Source of the DNA: a virus
Taxonomy: Duplodnaviria; Heunggongvirae; Uroviricota; Caudoviricetes
Direction: 5' to 3' (one strand)
IMG/VR virus record: IMGVR_UViG_3300046492_000163
Location: 1-64,000 of that record
DNA: 64,000 nt
The stretch's first letter is position 1, and each line of letters opens with the position of its first letter. This document shows positions 11,201-19,715 of this stretch, one piece after another. The notes beneath the pieces are model-generated. The model was not told the DNA's origin. It made no database searches and worked only from the letters and a program-made list of their open reading frames with translations. Both the position numbers and the translations under genes were made by a program.

Positions 11201-12581
11201 GACTATCTCTACTAAGAACAGCCAATGGGAAACACTGGCAGGAACTGTAACGGTTCCAGCAACTGTTGTCCGTGGTCGTCCTACGTTCCGGATGAGCCTG
11301 GGTGATGCAACTCCGCTGTGGATTACCAACATGCGTTGGACGAAGCAGACTGTTGCACAGGCCGGTAACGCAGCAGCAATCAGTTCACTGTCTGCAACTG
11401 TTGACAGCATGGATGGGATCGTTACTTCAACGGCAAAGGAAATTAGTAGTCTTACCGCCACTGCCAGACAGAACGATGGTACAGGTGATCTATCTGATGC
11501 TTTGAACTTGTGGCAGGCAACCGCGAAGATCCAGACTGAAGCAGTTGCCCGTGCTTCCGAAGATGGGGCAATGGCATCTAGGATTGATACGGTTAGTGCT
11601 CAGTTGAGTGACACCGCCGCGATGGTTCAGCAGGAGGCTATAGCAAGAGCCAACGGTGACTCAGCAGTTGCTAACTACACAACCTCTGTTCAGGCGAACC
11701 TGAATAACACCAACAGCAACTTGGCTACTACTAACGCGAACGTCACAACTGCGTCGAATGCTATTGCAACACTGAACGGTAAAGTAGCAGCATCGTACAG
11801 TATCAAGTTGGGGGTCAGCTATAACGGGTACTACTATGCCGCTGGCATGGGCATCGGGATTGAAAACACCCCGGCTGGTATGCAAAGCCAAGTGATCTTC
11901 CTGGCTGATCGTTTCGCGATCATGAATGGTGCAACTGCTAACTTCGTTGCTCCGTTCGTAGTGCAAGGTGGTCAGACGATCATCAACAACGCATTGATTG
12001 GTACAGCAAGCATTACTAACGCGATGATTGCCGATGCTCAAATCACCTACGCGAAGATTGCTGCGGCACAGATTGCTGATACCCATATCATCAACGGCCA
12101 CATCACCAACGCGAAGATTGGAGACGCAGCGGTTTCTACTGCGAAGATTCAAGACCTATCTGTGAACACGTTGAAGATTGCTGGTCGGGCTGTAACTGTC
12201 CCGATTGCTGTTTACTCTGAAGGTGTCGTGGGCTGCCCTGGTACTGTCAACGCACCTAACTGGACTGCTGTACAAGGTATAACGGTATCGAGTAGCGGTG
12301 ACGTGGGCTTGTTTAGCTTCACCTGCCAATTGAGTTTGAATAGTAATGCTGGCTACTGGCGTATCCGTCGTAGTGACGGTGCAATCCTGGCTTCGGGGCG
12401 TATGGCTGGAGATAACTTCAACTTCAACACCCCGGCTAACAGCTTCGCTATCAACATCCACCACTACTTTGCTGGCACGCTGGCCTTCTACCTCGACATC
12501 GCACCTTGGTACACCAATTTGGGAACCACCACGATGTATGTAGATAACCGTGCTATCACCTACACGAGTTTTATGCGATGA
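5295..12581 (+). CDS. J: central tail fibre / host specificity protein J-like, 2428 aa with long repeat-containing insertion
   Basis: N-terminal ~1100 aa collinear with lambda J (RYPNTAL, RGRL.QVP.NYNP.TR.YSG.W.GTFK, GGTEPR.TCN.Y, TYNRSNVV); four internal ~215-aa modules (GGSGTN.VPAE, D.YSWL..TTLP, MLCP.NNAAGWN); J-like C-terminal domain. Confidence 0.95.
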   Translation: MEQVVLEGHKGGSSTPHQPVEERNNLLSKSYAKVLLAIGEGEFAGTPTAENIYLDGTPLVSATGLQNFGGVKWEYRSGRSDQSHIPGMPDISNEFAIGLALTSTTPYTRLITNSQLDAIRITLAWPALYQQKDNGDIVGYNIVYAIDISTNGGAYVQQGQWDTGSGKTNVEYNRTHRLTLPKPGTSWTFRVRRITPNQNNAKFADIMQVKSYAEVIDAKLRYPNTALLYVEFDAEAFGGSSIPKVSIRTRGRLIQVPQNYNPDTRVYSGVWNGTFKWAWSDNPAWVFYDLVTNDRYGLGARITADMVDKWTLYQVSQYCDVMVPNGKGGTEPRYTCNVYIQARKEAWQVLRDIVGIFNGMLHWSGTQMVASADMPVAINTVRTYNRSNVVDGKFIYGSTSEKTIATTALVSFDDPENHFETAVEAVNELSLVQRYKTWNQAELAAIGCTSRGQAQRKGKYTMLTNSLNRVVTFKLGLEGYLPGPGDVIGVADQVLAGSQFSGRISTATLKVVTCDRVPNAVAGDILYINKADGTLGEGRTIQSVVGKVVTVTTNYSEIPAAELGWYVEKTTLKSQLYRVTKVAWSDNDGKFEVTGVQYEDSKYAAVDSGARLESRPITTVPAGGQAAPTGLTLTSFSYIEQTMAVTTLSVKWNPAAGAMKYEGQWRKDGGEWNNVGLTASTGFDVKGIYSGAYQARVRAINALGTKSIWLESANTQLTGKVGNPPSLATLTTVSEIFGIRINWTFSPGAEDGNYIQLQQATTDTGTGAADLTMVAYPAQTYLKSNMLGGAQLYFRGRLIDRSGNQSPWTAWTYGISEYGTDKILEAIVGEIERTELGQELLSELDFTKQDINWLEAEVTGLEQQVQNNISDLNDTISDVNIVVDGLHEQLDSAFSTPEYDAAKTYQKGEITRVGERLYQALINVPANTTPPNVTYWKDVGQVVSTVSGMAAQVQINTADVATLDGVTTAQAGLISGVKSTLDNIGGSGTNLVPAEYSVFGANKPEIVYGGTIATTVADATALYGYALKVTTNSTNATATIYTTPLETYAAFNMACKPGKYILSYYGKTDTAGHTIAMFLRGRNSADVAVSSTGAPQDALTTGWVRYSQVVDLTVASFADKDKMSIGIQVNRSGITGRVFYLDRIMLEPMLGENTAPSPFSVGNSFGKVDALATATTALTTSVNQHGLDITSQGQAITAVEASIGSMGGAGTNFVPDTYSWLGTATLPQTALSTATSLTSVPVTGSVSGYGYRYVKPNVAVPWFMLCPSNNAAGWNIPLVPGKYLMSFYASTDAQGVTDGLQVRAAMWDGSSKSPTDFTLTATRTRYTAVITIPNSNTYGFTLFFVGGVAGSIAWIDSPMLEKQVGNNTAPSPFVAGSSAATVVATAAAVTALTATVSQTGTTVDSHTNAITTINATVNNLGGSGTNMVPAEFSAFTSKVPTFSKAALLTVTTEADPAAYSGYLLRATNTTATVGHLYLGSTATDYNMRIAPDKKYIISFWAKGDVAHNVGIRIRYPNSAGTAVEIGLASVAITTTLARYSAVLTMPAAVVDRGVIVLYTQNTAAIGDTWFDGFMVEAAIGPAVTPSAFVPGNSMSQVIGQASATSALDARVVVTEGNMISTGNAITTINANIGKIGAAGSNLLNDDYSWLTSTTLPANVSGTSLARVGVAVPGSASGFGMKMTTASTSTGQFIMLCPTNNAAGWNVDLEAGLYLVSMYVQGSVAGTMRISMYDGTHRYSPIIAFTTTRTRLTFVCGATAFTRAAVTIYPNMAGLAAGAEITVDSVMVEKTANDVSSQVPSPFVAGNSARALSALATVTNAMGTTVSQHGTDINTAANNILSLQTSVGGQTQENYVLDPTFNVDKAGLSNSSQVTIVPQTDVTVPLGSSVPRLARWDVPTSTGNTYLGWQCVTLQRSPASTITASMAPGEVYEVSCDVYMDVAGAARQHGIWFQFYDAAGASISHNWVVGTISTKNSQWETLAGTVTVPATVVRGRPTFRMSLGDATPLWITNMRWTKQTVAQAGNAAAISSLSATVDSMDGIVTSTAKEISSLTATARQNDGTGDLSDALNLWQATAKIQTEAVARASEDGAMASRIDTVSAQLSDTAAMVQQEAIARANGDSAVANYTTSVQANLNNTNSNLATTNANVTTASNAIATLNGKVAASYSIKLGVSYNGYYYAAGMGIGIENTPAGMQSQVIFLADRFAIMNGATANFVAPFVVQGGQTIINNALIGTASITNAMIADAQITYAKIAAAQIADTHIINGHITNAKIGDAAVSTAKIQDLSVNTLKIAGRAVTVPIAVYSEGVVGCPGTVNAPNWTAVQGITVSSSGDVGLFSFTCQLSLNSNAGYWRIRRSDGAILASGRMAGDNFNFNTPANSFAINIHHYFAGTLAFYLDIAPWYTNLGTTTMYVDNRAITYTSFMR

Positions 12582-12958
12582 AAATCGTTCAATATGATAC
12601 AACGACAGGGAAAATCCATAGTGTTCAAACTATGGATGACCTGACGATGAGTGACGACTACAGGGCGTTTCTGGGGGAAGAGGGGGTGCTGTACCTCCCC
12701 TCTGTCTTCACCGCTCACATCAGCGACGTGAAGCACTACGTCAACGATTCGACGGTTATGGAGCGTCCTACCTCCACTATCTATTTAGACGGTGCAACAC
12801 TATGTAATGTCAGGGAAAATGCCAGTGTAATAATCGACGGCGTTAGCTACGAGGCAGACGGAAGTGATATAACTTTAGAGTTTTCCCACCCCGGAACCTA
12901 CCAACTAACCGTCAAAGACTGGCCTTTCCTCGACTGGGAAGGAACTTATGAAAATTAA
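12578..12958 (+). CDS. hypothetical protein (ATGA overlap with J stop)
   Basis: 126-aa ORF translationally coupled to J. Confidence 0.5.
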   Translation: MKIVQYDTTTGKIHSVQTMDDLTMSDDYRAFLGEEGVLYLPSVFTAHISDVKHYVNDSTVMERPTSTIYLDGATLCNVRENASVIIDGVSYEADGSDITLEFSHPGTYQLTVKDWPFLDWEGTYEN

Positions 12959-13124
12959 TCACGCGGCAGATGTGGCAAGTCGTAGAAAAGTCGAGTATCC
13001 TGAGATTGCAGACCAACTAGATGCACTCTGGCATGCCATGGATCAAGGGCAACTTCCAAAGATCCCCGGCTTTTACGATGAGATTAAGGCGGTTAAAGAC
13101 CGCCACCCCAAAATCCAAGGATGA
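12948..13124 (+). CDS. small hypothetical protein (58 aa), coupled at both ends
   Basis: ATG at 12948 overlaps preceding stop; its TGA overlaps ATG of lipoprotein gene (ATGA); below ORF-track length cutoff. Confidence 0.3.
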   Translation: MKINHAADVASRRKVEYPEIADQLDALWHAMDQGQLPKIPGFYDEIKAVKDRHPKIQG

Positions 13125-13453
13125 TTCCGATGAAAACCTTGATCATGGCAACACTGGTAACTGTAGCTCTGACTGGCTGTGCCTCTAACGGCTGGCAAGA
13201 ATATGCAGCCAAGAATGATTGCGTTGCTACTGGCAACAGTAAGCTTTTACAGGAAACTGCCATGTCCAGCATGGATGGTGGAGCTGGAGGGGGTATTGGT
13301 CTTAGCCCTGGTGGAAACACTTTCTCAATGCCGAGGTTGTCGATTCGACGTGCCTATGAATACTCCTGCTCCAATGGGGGTATCTGGTCCTACAGCGAAC
13401 CAACTAACGCACAGCAACGGGCACCCGATATGGTTGCCGCACAGCGCCAGTAA
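13121..13453 (+). CDS. lipoprotein (signal peptide + LTGC lipobox); candidate Cor/Llp-like superinfection-exclusion protein
   Basis: MIPMKTLIMATLVTVALTGC: n-region, h-region, lipobox; location immediately downstream of J as for cor in T1/phi80/N15-type phages (positional inference only). Confidence 0.55.
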   Translation: MIPMKTLIMATLVTVALTGCASNGWQEYAAKNDCVATGNSKLLQETAMSSMDGGAGGGIGLSPGGNTFSMPRLSIRRAYEYSCSNGGIWSYSEPTNAQQRAPDMVAAQRQ

Positions 13454-13480
13454 CCACCACGGTTACATGGTTAGCAAGTA

Positions 13481-13508
13481 GAGGGAGGCCTAGAGCCTCC
13501 CTTTTTTA
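13481..13508 (+). terminator. intrinsic terminator
   Basis: GGGAGGC-ctag-GCCTCCC stem + TTTTTT. Confidence 0.6.
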
Positions 13509-13525
13509 TGGAGAAAATAAACTAA

Positions 13526-14356
13526 ATGGCTTGGTATTCTACCGGGTCGATCACTGCAACGAACAATAGCGGAGCAATAACGGGCGTGGGAACGTCCTTT
13601 ATGACGAACGTACGGATCGGAGACGGCGTTACCATCACCGGTAGCACGTCCATCCATGAAGTTGTTAACGTGACCAGTGACACCCAACTAACTGTTGCAC
13701 CCGTCTACGGTGGAACAACCGGCAGCGGTAAAACTTACAGTATCGTCCCTGTTCAGGGATATACAAAAAGCTTGGCCGACCAGGCTAAGTCACTCCTTCT
13801 CTCTTTCAGTTCTGTAGGGTCTTCACCCAGCGTAGCGGCGTTGGCCGGTATCACGGGGGCTGCGGACACGATTCCTTACTTCACGTCGGGCTCAACGATG
13901 TGGACAACGCCGCTAACTCTTCAGGCACGCGGACTACTAGATGACACAACTCCTGCTGCAATGCGTACAACCCTTGGGTTGGGTTCGGCAGCAGTAGCCA
14001 ACATCGTCGGTAGTGTAGGAGCCGGGAATATCATCGAAACTGCAACTAACGGGAACGGCACTTACGTGAGGTTCCAGGATGGAACGCAAATCTGTTTCCG
14101 AACCTTTTTCGGCACCACGACGATGTATGGGTTAGGTAATGGTATCTACTATGGCGTTATCAATGGTCTGACTTGGGCTGCCTCCTTTATTGATGGAGGA
14201 TACGCAGTAGCGTGCTCTGGAGCAGACTCGGCATCAGTAGGCTGGGTATCTGGTGGAGTAACTAGCGTTTCTGATTACGTCATCTATTACTTTTCTCTGT
14301 CCGGCACCCACACAAGTACAGGACTACGATTTATTGCCATAGGGAGGTGGAAGTAA
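13526..14356 (+). CDS. side tail fibre protein, Stf-like paralogue 1
   Basis: 276 aa; conserved AALAGITGAADTIPYFTSG...LL...MRTTLGL segment resembles the LPYF region of lambda Stf / P2 gpH; N-terminal 90 aa shared with two downstream paralogues. Confidence 0.8.
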   Translation: MAWYSTGSITATNNSGAITGVGTSFMTNVRIGDGVTITGSTSIHEVVNVTSDTQLTVAPVYGGTTGSGKTYSIVPVQGYTKSLADQAKSLLLSFSSVGSSPSVAALAGITGAADTIPYFTSGSTMWTTPLTLQARGLLDDTTPAAMRTTLGLGSAAVANIVGSVGAGNIIETATNGNGTYVRFQDGTQICFRTFFGTTTMYGLGNGIYYGVINGLTWAASFIDGGYAVACSGADSASVGWVSGGVTSVSDYVIYYFSLSGTHTSTGLRFIAIGRWK

Positions 14357-15180
14357 TGGCCTGGTATGGAGTGGGCACTGTAACCGCAACAAACAACAGT
14401 GGAACTATTACGGGTGCAGGCACTGCCTTCATCTCTAATATTCGTGTAGGAGATGGTATTACCCTAGCGGGTAGCACTTCACTTCACGAAGTAACTAACA
14501 TCGTTAGTGAAACTCAACTAACGGTTTCTCCCGTATATGGTGGAACAACCGGTGCAAGTAAGACTTACGCCGTTGTACCAGTACAGGGGTATGTACAAGG
14601 CTTGGCGGATCAAGTTAAGAACTTGGTCCTCACGTTTGGCAACGTAGCCGCTAACGCTTCAGTTAATGCCTTAATGACGGTCACTGGTGCAGCGGACAGG
14701 CTTCCGTACTTCACTAGCGGCACAACTATGGCTACAACTGGCCTCACGCCTCTAGCGAGAACTTTGCTCGATGACGGATCAACTGGTTCAATGCGTACAA
14801 CTCTTGGATTGAAGACTGCGGCTGTATACGACGCGGTTGGTTCTGGAGGGATTATAGAACGGGGTGCTAACGCTAACGGCGAGTACACCAAGTTCGTAGA
14901 CGGCACTCTAATTTGTTGGTTCTATCAAACCATCGCAGCTAACTTGTCTTCAACAGGCTACGGAAGTGGTGCATATAACTCTTATAACTGGACCTTCCCT
15001 GTAGCTTATGCAGCGATTCCAGGATTAGCCGTACAAGCTGTAATTGCCGGTCGTATCATTTTCTGCGGACAGACAACTGGGATTACAAATAGTGCTGCTG
15101 GTTGTTTCTTCTGGGACGCATACGGCACTGCCCAGGCGCCGATGCTTACACGCTGGATGGCTATAGGGAGATGGGGATAA
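14356..15180 (+). CDS. side tail fibre protein, Stf-like paralogue 2
   Basis: ATG at 14356 overlaps stop of paralogue 1 (TAATG); GGGAGGTGG RBS; same N-terminal/middle architecture, divergent C-terminal ~80 aa. Confidence 0.8.
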   Translation: MAWYGVGTVTATNNSGTITGAGTAFISNIRVGDGITLAGSTSLHEVTNIVSETQLTVSPVYGGTTGASKTYAVVPVQGYVQGLADQVKNLVLTFGNVAANASVNALMTVTGAADRLPYFTSGTTMATTGLTPLARTLLDDGSTGSMRTTLGLKTAAVYDAVGSGGIIERGANANGEYTKFVDGTLICWFYQTIAANLSSTGYGSGAYNSYNWTFPVAYAAIPGLAVQAVIAGRIIFCGQTTGITNSAAGCFFWDAYGTAQAPMLTRWMAIGRWG

Positions 15181-16031
15181 TGTGGTATAACGCAGGGACA
15201 GTGACGGCGACACTTAATAACGCGACAGTAACAGGAGCGGGAACGCTATTCCTTGCAAACGTTCGTGTAGGAGATGGGATTACCATTGCTGGTAGCACTG
15301 TTATCCATGAAGTTACGAACGTTGCAAGTAACACGCAACTTACAATCTCCCCGGTTTATCCAGGCACAACTGGTGCAACTAAGGCTTATGCAGTCATCCC
15401 AGTACAGGGTTACGTTAAGGATCTAGCCGACCAGGCTAAGCAACTTATCCTAACTTTCAGTACCGTTGGATCGAGCGTCAGTGTTAACGCACTGGCTGGC
15501 ATCACTGGTGCAGCCGATAAGATCCCGTACTTCACTTCAGGGTCCACGATGTGGACAACCCCATTAACCCTGATGGCTCGCGGGCTATTAGACGATCCTG
15601 ATGCTGCCTCTATGCGAGCCACCCTCGGATTGAAGACTGCTGCTACTGCTACCCTAGTTGGGGATGTGTATGCCGGTGGGGTCATGGAGCGAGGATATAA
15701 CTCGAACGGTGAGTGGGTTAGATACGCTAACGGTAATATTCATCAGTGGGGGTACATCATCTTTGGGCAAGGACCGATACTGACAACGATCAGTGCCAAT
15801 ATCATCTTTCCCACGCTGTTCTACGACAACACCTATACCATCTCACTAACTCCGCAGGTTTCAAATAACGGCGCCGGTAGTCAAAGTTGCATAGGTGAAT
15901 ACTACGCTAATGGCGCGTACCTGAACAAAGCCACAGATTACTGTGGAGTTGGTATGTACACCTACCGCTACGCACAGACGTCTCAAGTTGTTCTTCAATG
16001 GCACGCTATTGGCCGTTGGCAAGCTAAATAA
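15180..16031 (+). CDS. side tail fibre protein, Stf-like paralogue 3
   Basis: ATG at 15180 overlaps stop of paralogue 2 (TAATG); GGGAGATGGGG RBS; MWYNAGTVTAT... same fold, divergent C-terminus (ORF-track start 15102 is an upstream extension). Confidence 0.8.
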   Translation: MWYNAGTVTATLNNATVTGAGTLFLANVRVGDGITIAGSTVIHEVTNVASNTQLTISPVYPGTTGATKAYAVIPVQGYVKDLADQAKQLILTFSTVGSSVSVNALAGITGAADKIPYFTSGSTMWTTPLTLMARGLLDDPDAASMRATLGLKTAATATLVGDVYAGGVMERGYNSNGEWVRYANGNIHQWGYIIFGQGPILTTISANIIFPTLFYDNTYTISLTPQVSNNGAGSQSCIGEYYANGAYLNKATDYCGVGMYTYRYAQTSQVVLQWHAIGRWQAK

Positions 16032-16045
16032 TCAAGGAATACCAA

Positions 16046-16336
16046 ATGAAACTTATTCTAACCCCGCAACGGCGGGACGATACACTGTCGGTCATCGTTT
16101 CTGGTGACATCTTAATCCTCAACGGCGAAGTCCTGAACTTCGGTCCATTACCAGAAGGCGGAACACTACCAAGTGATGCTGTTGGTAGCCCATGGATTCT
16201 TGGAGATATCCACCGCGTTAATGGACAAATCGAACTAACCCTAATCCTTCCAAATGCAGCAGATGCTTCTGAAGCCGCACGCTTCCCTGTGCCTCTGGTT
16301 GTCAATATGGATGGTCCCGTGGAGTTGCCAGTATGA
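16046..16336 (+). CDS. hypothetical tail-associated protein
   Basis: 96-aa ORF, operon context. Confidence 0.5.
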   Translation: MKLILTPQRRDDTLSVIVSGDILILNGEVLNFGPLPEGGTLPSDAVGSPWILGDIHRVNGQIELTLILPNAADASEAARFPVPLVVNMDGPVELPV

Positions 16337-16716
16337 TTGACTGGGGCAAAGTAGTAACAGCATCAGACAAGGCCGCAACGGCTCTTGCAGACCTCAAGAA
16401 GCGTGTGGCGACAGTTCGCTACGAACATGAAGTAAGCGGCATCACTGTTGCCGGTATGGCAGTTGATACAGGCCGTGATAGCCAAGGCCTTATTGCTGGA
16501 GCATGCCTTGCAGCAATCATCGATCCTGACTATGTAGTGAACTGGAAGACCTCCAGCGGAGAGTTCCTACCGCTTACAGCACAGCAGATCATCGGCGTTG
16601 CCACAGCAGTTCGTGCCCACGTCCAGGCTTGCTTCAACCGGGAGCACGAGTTGCTAACTGAGATTGACAACCTGACGTTCACTGAAAGTAAGTTGGAACA
16701 AGGGTGGCCTGAATGA
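16333..16716 (+). CDS. hypothetical protein (possible tail fibre assembly/chaperone by position)
   Basis: 127 aa, 4-nt overlaps both sides. Confidence 0.5.
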   Translation: MIDWGKVVTASDKAATALADLKKRVATVRYEHEVSGITVAGMAVDTGRDSQGLIAGACLAAIIDPDYVVNWKTSSGEFLPLTAQQIIGVATAVRAHVQACFNREHELLTEIDNLTFTESKLEQGWPE

Positions 16717-17075
16717 GTAACGGCTTCCCACTTCCACTAAATGTTCAATACAACAACACCGCCAAGACTTGGAAACTTCTTCAGCCTTTCATCTTCGTAG
16801 ACGAAGTAGAAGGACCAATCGATGTTCCAGCTCGCTTCACAACTAACGGACTTACCCTCCCCCGCATCCCGCTGGTACTTGCCATGTTTGATAACTACGG
16901 CTTCCCAGCAGCGGTTGTACACGACTATCTCTACGCAGCCTCGGGGGTAGGTCGGAAAGAGTCCGATCAAGTCTTCTACCGGGCTCTCAGGGCCTCTGGT
17001 GTGGCTCGCTGGAGAGCAAGTTTGATGTATGCAGGTGTAAGACTCTTTGGCAGGTTTTATTACGAGGCTCGATAA
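16713..17075 (+). CDS. hypothetical phage protein (DUF1353-like, FTTNGLTLPRIP motif)
   Basis: 120 aa; motif resembles the F.TDGaSiP signature of a common phage family; recalled from memory. Confidence 0.45.
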   Translation: MSNGFPLPLNVQYNNTAKTWKLLQPFIFVDEVEGPIDVPARFTTNGLTLPRIPLVLAMFDNYGFPAAVVHDYLYAASGVGRKESDQVFYRALRASGVARWRASLMYAGVRLFGRFYYEAR

Positions 17076-17653
17076 TGGCTAAGGCAACTTACGTTACTAA
17101 CTCTACGGGTAGTAACTGGGTTGACATCGTGGTAGGTGAGTGTACAATTGCTTCAGTAGCAATGACTGCAACTTCTCAGGACACACTAGTTGCTCTGAGA
17201 ATTCTCAAGGGTGGTACAACACCCTCGCTTATCCTTCCCGGTAATACCCTTTCTCTTAATACTCCACATCGCCCTGCCGTTGGTGGCATCTGCCTCAAGC
17301 CAACTGACAAACTTCAATGTTTATCAGAGTTTGCGGTAAGTTGGATCACCACAGTTGTAACTGGCTCTGCTTATAACTCAGCAGTGGCAACTTCCCCGGC
17401 TGGTGGTGCCTGGACAACCTTGGCAACTGGCCCTGTAAACCTTCGGGCTGTCTTCGCCTGTGTGCCCTCTGGCGGCACTGTAGGCATCCGGCTACACAAA
17501 ACCGCATCTGATACCTCTATCGTCCTCGCAGAGGCTGTAGACCTGGCTGGAGCTAAGCGTCTGCTGACTCCGCTTGTCTTGGCCTCGGGAGAAACTTTGC
17601 AAGTTCAAAGCACAACTAGTGCCCAGTGGATTGCATCAGGGATCGGGACATAA
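17075..17653 (+). CDS. hypothetical beta-rich tail protein
   Basis: 192 aa, Ser/Thr/Gly/Ala-rich. Confidence 0.5.
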   Translation: MAKATYVTNSTGSNWVDIVVGECTIASVAMTATSQDTLVALRILKGGTTPSLILPGNTLSLNTPHRPAVGGICLKPTDKLQCLSEFAVSWITTVVTGSAYNSAVATSPAGGAWTTLATGPVNLRAVFACVPSGGTVGIRLHKTASDTSIVLAEAVDLAGAKRLLTPLVLASGETLQVQSTTSAQWIASGIGT

Positions 17654-17670
17654 TCCATTAAGGAGGCACT

Positions 17671-19677
17671 ATGAGTGCAATGGGACTTGTGACCACTCTT
17701 CCGAGTGCGATCCAACAGGCCAACTTGAGTCTTGACTTTGTTAACCAGCAATTCGCGGTTAACGGAACAAGTAAGACTTTCAATGATCTATTCACCTTCG
17801 CCCGTACTTCACAAGCCACTTACTTTGGGTCTGATGGCTTGGTTAAGTATGCCGCTGCAAACACTCCACGCTTCAACTACGACCCAGCAACCAAAGTTGG
17901 CAATGGGCTGCTGATCGAGGAATCAAGAACCAACTTGCTCAAGTATACAGAGCGGCTTGAATTCTTACCTTGGACACGTAGCGCTGCATCCATTGTACCT
18001 GGAGCTGCAATAGCTCCAGATGGTCGCTACTCAGCAGATAAACTGATCGAGAACACAGCCAACAGTGCTCACTATCAAGACCAGGTAATCGATGGCACAT
18101 ATACCACTGGGCAAGTCTTCTCTGGATCGATCTTCCTGAAGGCCGCTGAGCGTACTCGGGTTCGGATGAACTTCTACTACGCCATTGGCGCATCAGGCGG
18201 GAAACAGATTATTTTTGATCTATCCACTAAGACAATTGTTTCCCAAGACGCGGGCATCCTGTCCAGTGGCACAATCGATATGGGCAATGGGTGGGTCCGC
18301 TGTTGGTTTACTGCGGCTGTCGATACTCCCGCAGAGACTCGCTTACTGATCCGGACCTATCTGGTCAGCACCGGCTCGACATCCACTTATACCGGGGACG
18401 GCTTATCTGGTGTGTATGCCTGGGGTGCTCAAGTTGAGTTGGGTGCATTCCCAACAATGTATATCCCCTCTGAGGATACTTTCACTTCCCGCACATCCAT
18501 TGCAACTTACTACAACAATGCGGGAGTCTTGCAAACTGCCGCTAGCGGTGTAGGGAGAACTTCAGCCTTTGAGTATGACAGTAACGGTGTGTTGTGGCCT
18601 CTTGGCTTGCTGGCAGAGAATGCAAGTACAAACTTACTGCTGCGATCAGAAGTGTTCGATAACGCTTCATGGGCAAAGACCAACGTAACCGCAGTTGCCA
18701 ATGGCGCTATTGCACCAGACGGTACAATGTCAATGGACTTACTTCGGGCAACGGCGACGGTGGGCAACCATACAGCCACGCAGACAGTCGCTGCCACTGC
18801 ATCCACTACCTACACCGCGTCCGTCTTCATTAAAGCAGGTGGGTACACTTGGGGCCGAATCCGAATTGCAGACTCTGTGGGTTTCCTCAGAGATGCAGTT
18901 ATTGATCTAACCAACGGGGCTGTATTCAACCCATCAACTCTTACTAGTGTTGAGAATGTTGGGAATGGGATCTATCGCGTTAGCATAGTTGTGACGACCG
19001 CAGCCGCTGCAACTAACCTGAGTATGGGGGTGTGGGTGTACGACAACACTCGTGCATCCAGTTTCGCGGGAGATGGTGTCTCAGGCATCTATGCCTGGGG
19101 TGCTCAGATTGAAGCGGGTTCATTCTCCACTTCCTATATCCCTACCACCACTGCCGCAGTAACTCGGGCTGGGGATGTGACAGCCAGTGTAGTAGGTGTG
19201 CGAGCCGATGAAACAACATCGCTTGCCCTCGATACGGCCTGGTTCAACGCAGCCGCATTCACTGTGTACTCAGAGGCACAGGCTCAACTCCCACGCGATG
19301 TATTTGCACGGGTGTATGAGATGTCCGCTATCGCAGACAACCTGAACAGGTTCGGCGTGCTCTACAACCAGAACTTGTTCACCGGGAAGCTCCAGGTTGT
19401 TACCGCTGGAACGAACGTGGCTGACATCCTGTCACCGACCATCGAAGCCAATACGATCTTCAAGGCCGCAGTGGTATGTAAAGTCAATGACTATGCCGCC
19501 AGTTACAACGGAGCGACAACTACAACCGATACCGCTGGAGCATTGCCTACCGGAATGGAGCGGCTGTACATCGGTTATTACCGTGCAGGTGGCTCCGTGC
19601 TCAACGGGCATGTTCGGAAGATCCAGGTGTTCAACCGCAGACTAACGAACGCAGTATTGCAAATCCTTAGTTCGTAA
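17671..19677 (+). CDS. tail fibre / receptor-binding protein with internal tandem duplication
   Basis: 668 aa; two ~230-aa modules each starting TNLL..SE.F and ending GDG(L/V)SG(V/I)YAWGAQ(V/I)E.G.F.T.YIP. Confidence 0.7.
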   Translation: MSAMGLVTTLPSAIQQANLSLDFVNQQFAVNGTSKTFNDLFTFARTSQATYFGSDGLVKYAAANTPRFNYDPATKVGNGLLIEESRTNLLKYTERLEFLPWTRSAASIVPGAAIAPDGRYSADKLIENTANSAHYQDQVIDGTYTTGQVFSGSIFLKAAERTRVRMNFYYAIGASGGKQIIFDLSTKTIVSQDAGILSSGTIDMGNGWVRCWFTAAVDTPAETRLLIRTYLVSTGSTSTYTGDGLSGVYAWGAQVELGAFPTMYIPSEDTFTSRTSIATYYNNAGVLQTAASGVGRTSAFEYDSNGVLWPLGLLAENASTNLLLRSEVFDNASWAKTNVTAVANGAIAPDGTMSMDLLRATATVGNHTATQTVAATASTTYTASVFIKAGGYTWGRIRIADSVGFLRDAVIDLTNGAVFNPSTLTSVENVGNGIYRVSIVVTTAAAATNLSMGVWVYDNTRASSFAGDGVSGIYAWGAQIEAGSFSTSYIPTTTAAVTRAGDVTASVVGVRADETTSLALDTAWFNAAAFTVYSEAQAQLPRDVFARVYEMSAIADNLNRFGVLYNQNLFTGKLQVVTAGTNVADILSPTIEANTIFKAAVVCKVNDYAASYNGATTTTDTAGALPTGMERLYIGYYRAGGSVLNGHVRKIQVFNRRLTNAVLQILSS

Positions 19678-19681
19678 CTTA

Positions 19682-19708
19682 GGGGGCTCTGCCCCCATTC
19701 TTTTAGAG
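19682..19708 (+). terminator. intrinsic terminator after tail module
   Basis: GGGGGC-tct-GCCCCC + ATTCTTTT. Confidence 0.55.
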
Positions 19709-19715
19709 AAATAAT

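Noticed and set aside
14610-15685. Antisense ORFs inside Stf paralogues (14610..14906, 15410..15685)
   Set aside because: Shadow ORFs of Gly/Thr/Ala-rich fibre genes.
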